In this document: positions 37,022 through 48,543 of the stretch, one piece after another
How positions within the stretch are numbered: the stretch's first letter is position 1
Layout: each line of letters opens with the position of its first letter
Source of the DNA: a bacterium
GTDB taxonomy: Bacteria > Electryoneota > JAOADG01
Reading direction: 5' to 3'
DNA: 64,000 nt
Assembly: GCA_026417415.1 (NCBI GenBank)
Contig: JAOADG010000008.1
Coordinates: 449,349 to 513,348 of the forward strand
Position numbers and translations under genes: made by a program
Notes under the pieces: model-generated
Databases searched by the model: none
What the model was told of the DNA's origin: nothing
What the model saw: the letters and a program-made list of their open reading frames with translations, nothing else

Positions 37022-38965
37022 GTGTATTTATTGCAAGTTTCTCAGAAATTCACTAAATCCATTCCCATATTTATTCCGTTTTTTCTAGCGTTAGTGCTTA
37101 GAATTGGGTATTCTATTGAATACATACAATCACCTTTTTTTCATTCTCCATCCATTGATGGGATCTACCATATTGAATGGGCAAAAAAGATTGTAGAAAC
37201 TGGTGAATGGAATTTTGAATCAAACAAACCCTTTTTTCGAACCCCGTTCTATCCAACGTTTTTAGCACTGTGTTTTTCTGCAGGTTTAACTAAAGAAGGT
37301 ATAGTGATAGTACAGTCACTATTAGGTCTATTGTCTCTCTTTTTAGTATTTCGAATTGCGGATGCTTTGTTTCATCGCAAAATAGCAATTATTGCAGCCA
37401 CGATATTTGCCCTTGGAACGCCATTTTTGTCTTACGAAATGGAATTTCAATTACCTGCTCTCATGGTTCCAATAGGATTAACAGTTTTTTACAATTTTAT
37501 TCTTTTTTACAAACAGAAATCTTTAAGAAACGGACTGTTAACTTCTTTTTTCATAGGGCTATTTACAATAACTCAACCTAACGGTTTCATTCTAATTTTT
37601 CCGTTATTCTACTTGATTAAGAAATTTAAAGTATACTTTAAGTTGAAACAGAAACTACTACTTTCCACACTTTGGATTTTACCTGTACTTCCTGTAACGG
37701 TTTACAATTATTTACAATCTGGAGAATTTGTATTCTTATCAACGCAAGGAGGAGTGAACGCTTATCTTGGAAATAATCCCCAAGCTGATGGTGCCTACGC
37801 CATTCATCCTATGTTAGGTGAAGATTGGGAATGGGAAGAGGCAAAACGTTGGGTGGGTGAAAATCTTACTGACGCACAAGCTGATCAAATGTATTATCTA
37901 AAAGTGTTTGCATTCTGGTATCACAATCCTTTTGAAGCAATTCTTCTCTTTTTACGAAAAATACTTTACTGTATCCATTGGTACGATATAGGTAACAACA
38001 GAAATCTACAACTGTTTTGGAATGAATTCGTTGTTACAAAATATTTTTTTGCAAAATTCTACTTTGGAGTAATCCTTCCATTTGCTCTCTTTGGATTTTT
38101 TTTACTGTGGAAAAATAAAGAAGTACGTTTTTTGATTGGAATTGTTTCTTTATTCATGTTTTCTTACGTGCCATTTTTTATAACTACTCGTTATCGTCTT
38201 CCTTTTCTTAGTGTGATGCCGATATTGGTTGCTTATACGATCAATACCCTAATTGAAAAAAAAATAGAATTGACCAACCTAAAACAAATGGGTTTATTTC
38301 TCTTTTGCATAGCTCTTGTTTGGCATCCATTGGGCGCACCTAAAGCAGACGCAGCACAATTTTATTACTCAAAAGGGAATGCATACCAAAACTTGAAAGA
38401 TCCTATTAATGCAATTCAATTCTATTACAAAGCCATTCAAATTAGTCCAAATAAACCCATGTATTTGAACAACATGGGTACAGCATATTTACAATTGGAC
38501 GAAATTGATTCTGCAAAATTCTGGATAGAAAAAGCATATCAATTAACTGTGGGAAAAAATAAAAACATTGTAAACAATTTGGGTGTGATTCAAGAACGTT
38601 TAGGATATTACTTTTCTGCAATGAATTCTTACCAAGCGGCAGATCAATTGAAGGATAAAAATGCTGCTATAAATTTAAAGAACTTATTTTATCGCGTAAT
38701 TTATTCTCCTCCTTCAGAAAAAATTGAAATTAAACACTTAAAGGGATTTTCAGATTCACTAACTCGTTTCAATCCTAATCTAGCCGAAAGATTGTTACTG
38801 CAAGCAAAGCTTGCAATTTTGGATTCTGACTTGTTGCAATTCGAACATACATTAAAAGAGTATCAAGAGTTAAGAAATGAAGATAAACTTTATTATTATG
38901 ACTCAACCATGTTTCAACAAATTATAGATGAATTAATTAAAATTAAACAACCTGAAAATGAATAA
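37022..38965 (+). CDS. GT-C (ArnT/PMT-like) membrane glycosyltransferase with C-terminal TPRs
   Basis: IDGIYH, FFRTPFYPTFL, GGVNAYLGNNP, RYRLP; many TM helices; TPRs YYSKGNAY, LNNMGTAY, NNLGVI. Confidence 0.8.
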   Translation: MYLLQVSQKFTKSIPIFIPFFLALVLRIGYSIEYIQSPFFHSPSIDGIYHIEWAKKIVETGEWNFESNKPFFRTPFYPTFLALCFSAGLTKEGIVIVQSLLGLLSLFLVFRIADALFHRKIAIIAATIFALGTPFLSYEMEFQLPALMVPIGLTVFYNFILFYKQKSLRNGLLTSFFIGLFTITQPNGFILIFPLFYLIKKFKVYFKLKQKLLLSTLWILPVLPVTVYNYLQSGEFVFLSTQGGVNAYLGNNPQADGAYAIHPMLGEDWEWEEAKRWVGENLTDAQADQMYYLKVFAFWYHNPFEAILLFLRKILYCIHWYDIGNNRNLQLFWNEFVVTKYFFAKFYFGVILPFALFGFFLLWKNKEVRFLIGIVSLFMFSYVPFFITTRYRLPFLSVMPILVAYTINTLIEKKIELTNLKQMGLFLFCIALVWHPLGAPKADAAQFYYSKGNAYQNLKDPINAIQFYYKAIQISPNKPMYLNNMGTAYLQLDEIDSAKFWIEKAYQLTVGKNKNIVNNLGVIQERLGYYFSAMNSYQAADQLKDKNAAINLKNLFYRVIYSPPSEKIEIKHLKGFSDSLTRFNPNLAERLLLQAKLAILDSDLLQFEHTLKEYQELRNEDKLYYYDSTMFQQIIDELIKIKQPENE

Positions 38966-38995
38966 ATTATTACACTATCATGGGTTTGACTTTAA

Positions 38996-40141
38996 TTATT
39001 TTTGAATTAATTGATTTAGAAGTTTATTCCAATCCAATGCACTTTTATCCCAAGTAAAGTTTTGATGAATAAGTTCTTTACCGCGTATCCCAAATTTTTT
39101 CATTGTATCCGGTTGATGTAAACATTCTACAATTGTTTTTACAATCTCTTCTGGGTGATTTGGATCAAACAATCTACCAGTTTCATTATCTTTTACAAAC
39201 TCAGTATGGCCACCGACTTTTGATGCAGTCACAGGACAACCGCAAGCAAGGGCTTCTGCAGCGACTAGTCCGAATCCCTCAAAATGTTGTGGAACTTGTA
39301 AAGTTGGTAAAACCAGTAAATAAGCTTCTTGATAAAATTTAACTAATTCTGTTTGCGGTAATTGGCCATGAAATTTAACATAAGCATCAAGTCCTAAGGT
39401 TTGAACTAGTTTTTTTAATTCATTTTCAGATGGACCTGTGCCAATAATATCTACCGAAAGATTTGGATAATGTCTCAAAATGGCAGGTAATGCTTGTATT
39501 AGTAAACGATGTCCTTTCGTTGGTTTCAACTGTCCTACAAGGAGTAATTTTCTTTTTTCATTTTGATAAACAACATCACGATTAACCATCTTAAACAAAT
39601 TGATATTTACACCACAATAAATCACTTGAATTTTTTCTGGATTAATAGAAAGAGGTCCAAATAAAGAAGCTGTGAATTGGCTATTGGCAACTATTACACT
39701 GGCTTTTTGATACCCATAAAGACAATATCTTCTAAAAGTACGAGTCATTCCTTGATCTGGATAAATTCTGGACACTTCATTTCCATGTGCGATGATTGCA
39801 TGAGGCAATTGAAAGAAATGATTTATAAATGCGCTAGCGCCAGCGTATGGAGCAACTGATAAATCAACAATAACATCATGTTTTTTAATGAGAAGTTCTT
39901 TGAATAGAATGGGAAAGATAGTGGTACGTCCAAATGCGTGGATTTTCGGTGATAAGAAAAAATTGAATTCTAAATTACTTTGTTTCGTTATCCAACGTGG
40001 ATATCTGGTTTTTGGACACAATACTCGAATCTGCCATCCTAAACTTGCTAATCTTGTAAATACTTCATAAGCATAGATCGCCATTCCACCTTCATCTGGA
40101 GGCCAGTACTCTGTAATTAACAATAAACTTTTTTGTTTCAT
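38996..40141 (-). CDS. Glycosyltransferase family 4
   Basis: PPDEGG, AHGNE, KGH, EGFGLVAAEALACG. Confidence 0.9.
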   Translation of the reverse strand: MKQKSLLLITEYWPPDEGGMAIYAYEVFTRLASLGWQIRVLCPKTRYPRWITKQSNLEFNFFLSPKIHAFGRTTIFPILFKELLIKKHDVIVDLSVAPYAGASAFINHFFQLPHAIIAHGNEVSRIYPDQGMTRTFRRYCLYGYQKASVIVANSQFTASLFGPLSINPEKIQVIYCGVNINLFKMVNRDVVYQNEKRKLLLVGQLKPTKGHRLLIQALPAILRHYPNLSVDIIGTGPSENELKKLVQTLGLDAYVKFHGQLPQTELVKFYQEAYLLVLPTLQVPQHFEGFGLVAAEALACGCPVTASKVGGHTEFVKDNETGRLFDPNHPEEIVKTIVECLHQPDTMKKFGIRGKELIHQNFTWDKSALDWNKLLNQLIQK

Positions 40142-40207
40142 ACTTTTCTTAATTACGTATATAGATTCTAATGTAGTTTATCTTTTATTCAAATTAAAGG
40201 AGTAAAT

Positions 40208-40663
40208 ATGTTACAAGTAGGGGATATTGCACCTGATTTTTCTTTACCATCAACAAGTGGTGAAATCGTGAAACTTAGTGATTATCGTGGTAAAACGGTT
40301 GTTTTATACTTTTATCCAAAGGATAATACGCCTGGTTGTACGAAACAAGCATGTAACATTAGAGACCATTGGGAGGAATTTCGGAAAAGAGGATGGATCG
40401 TCTTAGGAATTAGTAGTGATACAATTCAAAGTCATAAAAAATTTACAGAAAAATACAATTTACCCTTTTTGTTATTAAGTGATACAGATAAAACAGTGAT
40501 GAAAATGTATGGTGCGTATGGAAAAAAGAAAATGATGGGCATTGAGTTTGAGGGGACATTAAGATATACTTACGTGATTGGGCCAGATGGAAAAATTTTG
40601 CACATTGATACAAAAGTAAAGGTATCCAATCATTCTGAAGATTTATTCAAAAATGTTAAATAG
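40208..40663 (+). CDS. bcp: Peroxiredoxin BCP
   Basis: [28 protein letters not shown]. Confidence 0.93.
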   Translation: MLQVGDIAPDFSLPSTSGEIVKLSDYRGKTVVLYFYPKDNTPGCTKQACNIRDHWEEFRKRGWIVLGISSDTIQSHKKFTEKYNLPFLLLSDTDKTVMKMYGAYGKKKMMGIEFEGTLRYTYVIGPDGKILHIDTKVKVSNHSEDLFKNVK

Positions 40664-40973
40664 TCCTATGCCAAAAATAATTTTAGTTCAATTAAAAAAA
40701 GTAATAGAAGTGAATTTTTATGAATCTTTTTTTCAAATACTTCGTAAAAATGATATTCCTATTGCAAGCTCATGTCAAGGCAGACAGATATGTGGTAGAT
40801 GTTCAATAGAAATCATTCATGGTTCCGAATTTCTGAACTCTCCTGATGAAAATGAAATGCAAGTTTCAAAAAAGTATGGTTGGCAACAACAAAATTGTGG
40901 CCATTTGAGAGCTGCTTGTTCTACTTATTTTGTAAAAAACGGTACAGTAGAAGTGAAGACAACGTATTGGTAA
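40653..40973 (+). CDS. 2Fe-2S ferredoxin
   Basis: C-x5-C-x2-C ([10 protein letters not shown]) plus distal RAAC. Confidence 0.75.
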   Translation: MLNSPMPKIILVQLKKVIEVNFYESFFQILRKNDIPIASSCQGRQICGRCSIEIIHGSEFLNSPDENEMQVSKKYGWQQQNCGHLRAACSTYFVKNGTVEVKTTYW

Positions 40974-40980
40974 TAAAGTA

Positions 40981-41658
40981 TTAATGATCTTGTATTTTGA
41001 TTGAAAAGGGTGTGTAATCAGAATGGTAGTCAATCACATCTATTCCTTCAAGTTGTTTCAGATAATTGCAAACAATGTAGGTAATAGGGGTTATAAAAAT
41101 CTCAACTCCAACCTTAAAAACATAATTGGATAAAACAATATTCAACAAAAGCGAAGAACTAATCGTTCCACCAAATGCGATAACACAAAAAAGAGTTGTA
41201 TCAACAACTTGTCCTACAATCGTTGATCCGATGGTTCTCATCCAAAGATACTTTCCATGACTCCAACGTTTCATCAAAGATAACAATAAATCGTTAGACC
41301 ATGATCCAAAAAGAAAAGCGATAATCGAAGCTAAGACAATCCGAGTTGTAGTAAGAAGAATGGTAGAATACGCTTGTTGATGTTGCCACTCTTCTGAAGC
41401 AGGTAATAGGCCTACTATTGCAAATAGTAATATTGCTAATAATTGAACTAAAATGCCTATCCAGATCGTTCTACGAGCAAGTCTAAATCCAAAAACTTCT
41501 GTAAAAATATCACTGAAAATATAACTTAAAGGGAATAATAAAGTACCTCCATCAAAAGTAAATGAACCGATTTGCACTATCTTAACGGAGGCGATATTTG
41601 AAATAAGCAAGATCGCCGAAAACAAAGCAGTTAAAAATGGTAGAGATTTACTTTGCAT
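40981..41658 (-). CDS. yhhQ: Queuosine precursor transporter (VUT/YhhQ family)
   Basis: SNIASVK, FPLSYIFSDIFTEVFG, RIVLAS, RTIGSTIVGQVVDT. Start placed at ATG 41658. Confidence 0.88.
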   Translation of the reverse strand: MQSKSLPFLTALFSAILLISNIASVKIVQIGSFTFDGGTLLFPLSYIFSDIFTEVFGFRLARRTIWIGILVQLLAILLFAIVGLLPASEEWQHQQAYSTILLTTTRIVLASIIAFLFGSWSNDLLLSLMKRWSHGKYLWMRTIGSTIVGQVVDTTLFCVIAFGGTISSSLLLNIVLSNYVFKVGVEIFITPITYIVCNYLKQLEGIDVIDYHSDYTPFSIKIQDH

Positions 41659-41688
41659 CAAGTTGACCAAGATAGAAATATTTTGAAA

Positions 41689-41722
41689 TGACCAAAAGGG
41701 ACAAAGTTGCCCCTTTTGGTCA
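41689..41722 (-). terminator. Hairpin/terminator after the second C25 gene
   Basis: TGACCAAAAGGG...CCCTTTTGGTCA inverted repeat. Confidence 0.7.
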
Positions 41723-41735
41723 AACAATGATTAAC

Positions 41736-44700
41736 TTATTTCAAATAGACCATTTTGTAATGTTTCATTTGATTTTTAGTTGACACAACCAGATAGTAAA
41801 TCCCTGATGTGTGTTGAATCGGATTCCACTCAAGAACATAATTACCTTGACTGTAGAAACCATCAAGTAAAGTAGTTACCATTCTTCCTTGAGTGTCAAA
41901 TACTTGAATTTTGATATTTTCATCTTGTAATAAATTCAGTCGGATGTTAGCTGTGTTATTAAAAGGATTGGGATAAGGACCTTTAAGTACAAATTGATTG
42001 GGTTGTAGATTCAAGTTTTCATTTCGTTCGTTACCGATTTCTAAAAAGTTATCGGGTGGTACTGTAGTAAATCGAATTGCGCGATTTGAACGAAGTGTAT
42101 CAGATCCTGGTGTTGGAGTTCTGGCATAAGTAATTTCAAGACCATCAAGATGACTCCAATCCATAATCCCAACTGTTGTAAAATTGTTATTGACATCTAC
42201 ATCAGATGCAATTTGATATTGCATGGTAAATTCATTATCACCCGTAGGACCAAAACGGTTTCCGTGGAGAATTAGTTGAAAGCGTTGGGGGATAGGAGTC
42301 GTTTCAATGCCATATCTTGAATACATTCTTCCCCATTGAATAATAAAATCTTGAGTAGCTGGATTATAGTAGTACCATATTGAAACTCGTCCAGTATCAG
42401 CTGCTAATCCCTTCAAGTCGTCCCACATAACAGCAATCATTGCATTGGGTCCTTGCGCATTCGGCATAGGCCAATTGTAAAAATCAGTTTGCCAAGTATT
42501 CTGAAAGCTTACCCAACCATTAGAACAAATGGAAATTCCATCAGATTGATAATTTGTGCCGTAATAACGAAATGTAAACGGTAATGGTAGATTAATGGTC
42601 TGATCATCATTGAGTCGAATGTGTGTACCCAATCCGCCCGAATCAGGATCCAGTTCTATCCAATTGTACGTTGGTGCTGCAGCATACTGAATATCTAAAT
42701 TTTCATAGGCATAATATCCATAGCGATCAGGACCAGTGGGTTGATGAGTAGGCCTACTTCCAGCAGTCAAATTGAAATTGATTAGTGCATAATTGGGTGC
42801 TAATGAATGTGAAAGAATTATCCTCATTGGGATAACATGACCCACAATTTGATTAGACGGGATGGTCACAGTAAACGTAAGATTGGTTATTTGGTGTTGT
42901 TCCACCTGATTAAAGTTTGCATTTCCGTTGATGATCACCGCACCGTTTGAAAAAGTATTAAGTTGTGCTGTTCCTTGTGGTATCCGTCCAACACCTTCGT
43001 TTTTTACATAAACCTCAATTGTAGCAGTATTCCCTGGTGTTAGAGAACCGTTCATCACTGAATAACCCGTAACGATAGGGAAAATCCAACCAATTGGTAA
43101 ACAAAACTCTCGATTTCCTGATGGAAAAGCAAGCGACATTCTGATATCATTAAACGTGTGAGTAGAAGGAATGGCAGTAACTGTGTAACTTAAAGTTCCT
43201 GTTCCATTAGCACCAATAGTACCTGCGTTGGAACTGTTTTGTTGGATAGAGATTCGATTAGGCATCAACGTTGAAAGAACAGCAGATGCATTCGCTGAAG
43301 AAGTAGAGACATTTTTAATAAAAACTTGTAAAGTAGCAGTTTCACCAAATTCTAAAAGTCCATTCCCTCCATCTACAATTCGAACAGAATCTACACGAAA
43401 TGGTACATTATCATTTCCACTTGCGGTGGTATTGAAAAATTGTGGCCGATAATTGCGTCCTCTCACAGCAATGCGAATCGAATCACCTACATTTGCTCGA
43501 AAGGTTAACGTTGCATATCCCTGATTATCCGTGACAGCGACACTATGTACATTGTTCGGTGCGATCAAAGCTGCTACCAAATTAGATTGTGGAATTCCTG
43601 TAAGACCATCTATAGCACGTACAGTAACTTGTCCTGCATTGGCTAATATTGTAGTTGGAAATATTACATTTAAACTATCTGGTAGCAATTGCCAAAGAGT
43701 GATTGATGGATCACCAAGAATATTGTAGTAATGAAAATAAGCTTCCGATGAAGTTGGTTCTAATGGAAAACCTCGGTACACTTCTAATTTTGAACGAAGT
43801 GCGATCATTCCAAATTTTTCCAGTCCTTCTGTGAGCCATCCTTCCATAAAACCGGCTAACATTGGGTTGTTGTATCGTGTGTTGGTGTGAAGGTGTGAAG
43901 CACCAAAAAATACCGGTCCACCCTTCATATCATTTACAGATCCAAGTTCAACCCAAACTTCACCAAAACATCTTTGATTGGGTACAGGTGAAGATCCCGG
44001 TCCAAATGCTCCAGTTTGGCAAACGATAGAGACGAATGGACTCAATGAATTGGAGGTTACACTATTTAAATCATCTACACGTAATCTTGGGTAAAGTGGT
44101 CCTTGACTATCACCCCAGCCGCGATAAGTAATTAAAGAAAGACCTTGATTGATTTGAGCAAGTATTTCCGAAGTACCTGGAAAAGTGGGTGGATAGTAGA
44201 TTTCGGATACTGAATATCCTTTTGTACGAAGCATATCAGCTGCCCATCTGGAATTTAGCGTAGGTGTTACAGGTGGTGTGCCTGAATCTGAATAATTTCC
44301 AGCAAAGCAAAGTGCACGGGTCATCTGTTGGTTAATCATGTTTCTCCCCGGAAAGTTTTGATAACGTAGATTTTTATTGATTACAACAGCCATCTGTGTC
44401 GCATTTCCGCCAGTAACACGTCCAATAATGATTTCTGGCCAAAAATCATTTCCAGAGAGCATGGTATAAGGATGATCAGAAGAAACAGTTTCAGTAAAAG
44501 GGGGAAGAGAAGTGAATGAATTTGTCGCAATGGAATAGGCACCGCGATCTGCATCACCCACTAAAAGAACATATTCTAAAGGAATAGATAATGTATTGTA
44601 TTGATTAAGTATCAAATTTCGAATTGACGTTGGTGTAGAATTGGAAGCGATTTGTTGAAGGATTACATGGTACCCTTCAAGTCGTTTAGAGTTGGCGAAA

Positions 44701-45464
44701 GTGTTTAATAAATTCGATAAAACAGGATCAGCATAAAGAACTAAGAAACTGCCGGGACGCCATAATTTGGAACGGCCTACTACAAAATCATCATAACCAA
44801 GAAACATTGTTCTATACAACCCCTCCCAAGATGCTAAAATCGGGGATGTAATTGCAGGACCAGTGGGTTGTGCATCAATTTCAAATGAAAGTATCTGTGC
44901 AACTTGGATTTGATCGAATGAAATTTTTCGGATCGGATGAATGATTACTGGAAGAACCCCAAAGTCCCGAAAAACCCCAGGTTCACCCAATTCAATCCAA
45001 TCCGATTGAAATTCTTGTGGAACAAAATTAAAAACCGAGTTGCTTGCTACATTATTATCACTGATTTTACGTATTCTACCACCCAAGTCAGTTTCAGAAT
45101 ACTGTGTATATTGGACTTGGACATTTTGTACTTGAGCTTGAATGGGATAATGAAAAGGAATAAAACAAGTTAGTGAGGCAAGATCATCACTTCCAGTTGG
45201 AGGTAAACTTTCGTATCTACTGTTTAATCTAAGTGCGATTCCATCATCGTAATGTTCAACAGTAAATCCATTCAATTGAAGTTCAATAGAGAGATGATTA
45301 TCTGTACGTGATAGGACTTGGATGGATGGTTCGTGAATGTTAGTACCGGTTACAGAACTTCCAACTGCAAAAACTTCTGTACGATTGGGTAAAGCATAAC
45401 TTGTGATAGTGAAGATAACCATTAATCCAATTGTAAACAATTGTGAAAATAATTGCTTATTCAT
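41736..45464 (-). CDS. C25 gingipain-family protein with T9SS-type CTD (His site reads RGWG)
   Basis: Propeptide; YVLLVGD, SDHPY, IIIGR, YRGWG, SIVCQTG, YNILGDPS; CTD PYPNPFN. Confidence 0.85.
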   Translation of the reverse strand: MNKQLFSQLFTIGLMVIFTITSYALPNRTEVFAVGSSVTGTNIHEPSIQVLSRTDNHLSIELQLNGFTVEHYDDGIALRLNSRYESLPPTGSDDLASLTCFIPFHYPIQAQVQNVQVQYTQYSETDLGGRIRKISDNNVASNSVFNFVPQEFQSDWIELGEPGVFRDFGVLPVIIHPIRKISFDQIQVAQILSFEIDAQPTGPAITSPILASWEGLYRTMFLGYDDFVVGRSKLWRPGSFLVLYADPVLSNLLNTFANSKRLEGYHVILQQIASNSTPTSIRNLILNQYNTLSIPLEYVLLVGDADRGAYSIATNSFTSLPPFTETVSSDHPYTMLSGNDFWPEIIIGRVTGGNATQMAVVINKNLRYQNFPGRNMINQQMTRALCFAGNYSDSGTPPVTPTLNSRWAADMLRTKGYSVSEIYYPPTFPGTSEILAQINQGLSLITYRGWGDSQGPLYPRLRVDDLNSVTSNSLSPFVSIVCQTGAFGPGSSPVPNQRCFGEVWVELGSVNDMKGGPVFFGASHLHTNTRYNNPMLAGFMEGWLTEGLEKFGMIALRSKLEVYRGFPLEPTSSEAYFHYYNILGDPSITLWQLLPDSLNVIFPTTILANAGQVTVRAIDGLTGIPQSNLVAALIAPNNVHSVAVTDNQGYATLTFRANVGDSIRIAVRGRNYRPQFFNTTASGNDNVPFRVDSVRIVDGGNGLLEFGETATLQVFIKNVSTSSANASAVLSTLMPNRISIQQNSSNAGTIGANGTGTLSYTVTAIPSTHTFNDIRMSLAFPSGNREFCLPIGWIFPIVTGYSVMNGSLTPGNTATIEVYVKNEGVGRIPQGTAQLNTFSNGAVIINGNANFNQVEQHQITNLTFTVTIPSNQIVGHVIPMRIILSHSLAPNYALINFNLTAGSRPTHQPTGPDRYGYYAYENLDIQYAAAPTYNWIELDPDSGGLGTHIRLNDDQTINLPLPFTFRYYGTNYQSDGISICSNGWVSFQNTWQTDFYNWPMPNAQGPNAMIAVMWDDLKGLAADTGRVSIWYYYNPATQDFIIQWGRMYSRYGIETTPIPQRFQLILHGNRFGPTGDNEFTMQYQIASDVDVNNNFTTVGIMDWSHLDGLEITYARTPTPGSDTLRSNRAIRFTTVPPDNFLEIGNERNENLNLQPNQFVLKGPYPNPFNNTANIRLNLLQDENIKIQVFDTQGRMVTTLLDGFYSQGNYVLEWNPIQHTSGIYYLVVSTKNQMKHYKMVYLK

Positions 45465-45669
45465 TATTACTCCTTCGTAAACCGTGCAATGGTTTAACCT
45501 ACTCTATTTCCGAAAAAGTTTAACATTTATTAGATGCATGCTCTACTCTTCATAGACATTTGAAACAGAAAATAGTGAGTTTACGCACGAAAAAAAAATC
45601 ATCTAATTTAGAGTGGCTTGCTATAGATTAAAAAATTGATTAAATAAGTTTTTGTGTTTTGGAGGAAAT

Positions 45670-48543
45670 ATGATTTTTATACGAATTATCTTATTTATAG
45701 GGGTCTTGTTATTTCCATTTCCTTTAATTTCCAATCAACTTATTTATCCGATTACAAAAGGTGATAATTTTTCCTCTTTACTTAGTATTTACACACGTTC
45801 AATTGAAAACAATATAAATTCTTTTTCCACATTAATTAATGAAAATGAGATGAATGAAAGTACTGAAGTTAATGTTATACTTCATGGAAATATAAATAGA
45901 AAAGATTTAGAGGAATTGGGGGTAAAGATTGGTACATCTACGTCGAATTGGGTTACAGCAAGAGTGAATTATTTGCAATTACAACAGATAAAACAGATTC
46001 CGAATATAACCTGGATTGAGATGGGCGTAAAAAATGATCCTTTATGTGCTATTGCAAATTCAGATTCAACAACTGCAGGTGGATGGAAATTAGGAAATGG
46101 TGCATCTTTGGTACACCAAGTATATGATGGCACCAACGTGCTTTTTGGTATCATTGATACTGGAGTAGATTGGGCACATTTAGATTTTCGGAATGATGCG
46201 AATCCGACCCAATCCAGAATACTTTTCATCTGGGATATGGTAACACCACCAGGAAATGGAAGATTTTCTCCAATTGGTTTCAACTATGGTGTGGAATTTA
46301 ATCAATCACATATTAACAATGAATTAGATGGTACACCTGAGGGTTATGTAGTATCCATGTCCAATTCATCACATGGTACAACCGTTGCAGGAATTTCAGT
46401 AGGAGATGGTTCAGCATTCCCAAATAACGGTTTGGCAAAAGGAGTAGCACCTAAAGCAAATTTATTGGTTGTTCGTGTGAATCAAAGTACAACTGCAGAA
46501 ATCATTGATGGTGTAAATTGGCTAATGCAAAAAGCCAATCAATTAGGAAGGCCGATAGTGGTTAATATCTCATTAGGTGGCCATTTTGGTGCTCATGATG
46601 GTTCCAGAACTGATGAACAATACATTTCTTCACAATCGGGACCAGGTAAAATTTTTGTGATTGCAGCAGGTAATAGTGGGAATTCAAATATCCATGCACA
46701 AGGAACTGTCAATACCACTCAATCTACTACCTTTAATGTACCATCATCTACTACTGCAGTTTTAATTGATGTGTGGTACAAAGGAGGAGATGCTTACATT
46801 TTCCAATTAACGAATCCTACAGGAACCACTCTATCGTTCAATCCAATGTCTGACAATGTTGGAAATTATCCAAACAATGATTATGCAGAAGTTTACAATG
46901 GTACAGAAACAATTGCACCAATTACCAATGGGGATGGTAGAATTGTTCTATACATTGCAGATGGAAACTCAAGTACAATTACCGGTGGTACTTGGACGAT
47001 GACTTTACAAAGAGTACAGTTTTCCGGAAATGGAACTTGGGATGCTTGGGTCGCGGGTACAGCGGGGGGAAGTGTAGTTTTTACATCAAACCAAAATACT
47101 TTAAAAACACTAACTATGCCAGCAACTGCAACAAATGCAATTAGTGTAGCAAATTATAGTGGAGGTGGTATTTACATAGATATAAACGGAGTTCAGCGGG
47201 GCACTTCAACTTTGGATGGGCGGCGGGTAGCTACTTCAAGCAGAGGTCCAACACGAACAGGTGGACAAAAACCAGAGATATCTGCAGTTGGAAATGTGGC
47301 AAGGACAACACGTGCATCTTCTTACAACCCTGGAAATTCACAATTACTACCCGGTGGCTTTCATTATGTTTCTGGATCAGGTACTTCTTTTGCAGCTCCT
47401 CACGTTGCTGGTGCTGTTGTATTGATGTTACAAAAGTGGAATTTGCTTAATCAAAACGATGTAAAAAGTAAGCTAATTAATTCTGCGACTTTAGATACAC
47501 AAACAGGTCCTGTATGGAATGATTCGTGGGGATTTGGAAAATTGTACATTCCAAATGCATTGCAGACGATCACAAAAACAGTACAACCTAATGTTCCTAT
47601 TACATTTGGTAACACATCCACCACTTTAACGTTTACAACTTTGCCGAGTGGACAATGGAATGTAACTGTGGATAGGATTTCTCAGACACCACAAAACATT
47701 GGATCGCATTCTGCATTACCATTTTATTATTCAATCACTTCTTCATTACCAAATTTTAACTTTTCTACTACAATTGAAATCCAATATACAAATCAAGAAG
47801 TAGGTTCATTAGATGAAAATGTTTTAACGATTTGTTATTTTGACGGTTTAAATTGGATCCCACTCCCTAATCAAATGCGTTTTCCAAATGAAAATAAAGT
47901 ACGTGCAACTACGGATCATTTTACCGATTTTGGTGTTTTAGATAGCGAAGAAGGAACCTTACCGGTTCAGTTAACTTCATTTCAAGCTGTCGGTGAAGTA
48001 GGAAGAATTCGCATCACTTGGAAAGCGGAATCTGAGATTGATTTGAATTATTGGATTCTTGAAAAAAGAGAAAGAGGTTACCAATCATTTACTATTCATA
48101 GCATTACTCCTGGTATAGGTCAAAACGTTCCGCATCTGTACAATGTCTTTGATTATCAAGTAATTCCAGCAAAAGTGTATGAATACCGATTGACTGAAGT
48201 TACAGCGGATGGTGAACAAATTATCTATCCAAGTATCGTATCTGCAGCATCTCTTGAAAGGCAAGATCTTTCTATACCTTCAGTATTTGAAATTTCAAAG
48301 GTTTATCCAAATCCATTTAATCTGAATGCTACATTTCGAATTCGAGTCCCTTATCAATCTGAATTAGAAGTGTACGTTGTGGATATTTTAGGAAACCGTG
48401 TAGCAAACATTTCTAAAGAGCATTTTCAGTCGGGCGAATATCAATTTGAATGGAATGCGAAACATCATAGTTCTGGGATTTACTTTTTAGTTGCAAAAAT
48501 GAATGATCAACAAGTAACCAAGAAAATAGTGTTAATGAAATGA
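45670..48543 (+). CDS. Secreted S8 subtilisin-like protease with T9SS-type CTD
   Basis: IIDTG, HGTTVAG, AAGNSG, GTSFAAPHVAG; LPVQLTSF linker; YPNPFN CTD; ATG after GGAGG. Confidence 0.92.
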   Translation: MIFIRIILFIGVLLFPFPLISNQLIYPITKGDNFSSLLSIYTRSIENNINSFSTLINENEMNESTEVNVILHGNINRKDLEELGVKIGTSTSNWVTARVNYLQLQQIKQIPNITWIEMGVKNDPLCAIANSDSTTAGGWKLGNGASLVHQVYDGTNVLFGIIDTGVDWAHLDFRNDANPTQSRILFIWDMVTPPGNGRFSPIGFNYGVEFNQSHINNELDGTPEGYVVSMSNSSHGTTVAGISVGDGSAFPNNGLAKGVAPKANLLVVRVNQSTTAEIIDGVNWLMQKANQLGRPIVVNISLGGHFGAHDGSRTDEQYISSQSGPGKIFVIAAGNSGNSNIHAQGTVNTTQSTTFNVPSSTTAVLIDVWYKGGDAYIFQLTNPTGTTLSFNPMSDNVGNYPNNDYAEVYNGTETIAPITNGDGRIVLYIADGNSSTITGGTWTMTLQRVQFSGNGTWDAWVAGTAGGSVVFTSNQNTLKTLTMPATATNAISVANYSGGGIYIDINGVQRGTSTLDGRRVATSSRGPTRTGGQKPEISAVGNVARTTRASSYNPGNSQLLPGGFHYVSGSGTSFAAPHVAGAVVLMLQKWNLLNQNDVKSKLINSATLDTQTGPVWNDSWGFGKLYIPNALQTITKTVQPNVPITFGNTSTTLTFTTLPSGQWNVTVDRISQTPQNIGSHSALPFYYSITSSLPNFNFSTTIEIQYTNQEVGSLDENVLTICYFDGLNWIPLPNQMRFPNENKVRATTDHFTDFGVLDSEEGTLPVQLTSFQAVGEVGRIRITWKAESEIDLNYWILEKRERGYQSFTIHSITPGIGQNVPHLYNVFDYQVIPAKVYEYRLTEVTADGEQIIYPSIVSAASLERQDLSIPSVFEISKVYPNPFNLNATFRIRVPYQSELEVYVVDILGNRVANISKEHFQSGEYQFEWNAKHHSSGIYFLVAKMNDQQVTKKIVLMK

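Noticed and set aside
41659..41735. preQ1 riboswitch expected upstream of yhhQ
   Set aside because: The gap holds only a terminator-like hairpin; no preQ1 consensus is visible.
45590..45598. A9 run in the divergent C25/S8 promoter region as a phase-variation switch
   Set aside because: Intergenic A-runs are expected in AT-rich DNA, and there is no evidence of variation.
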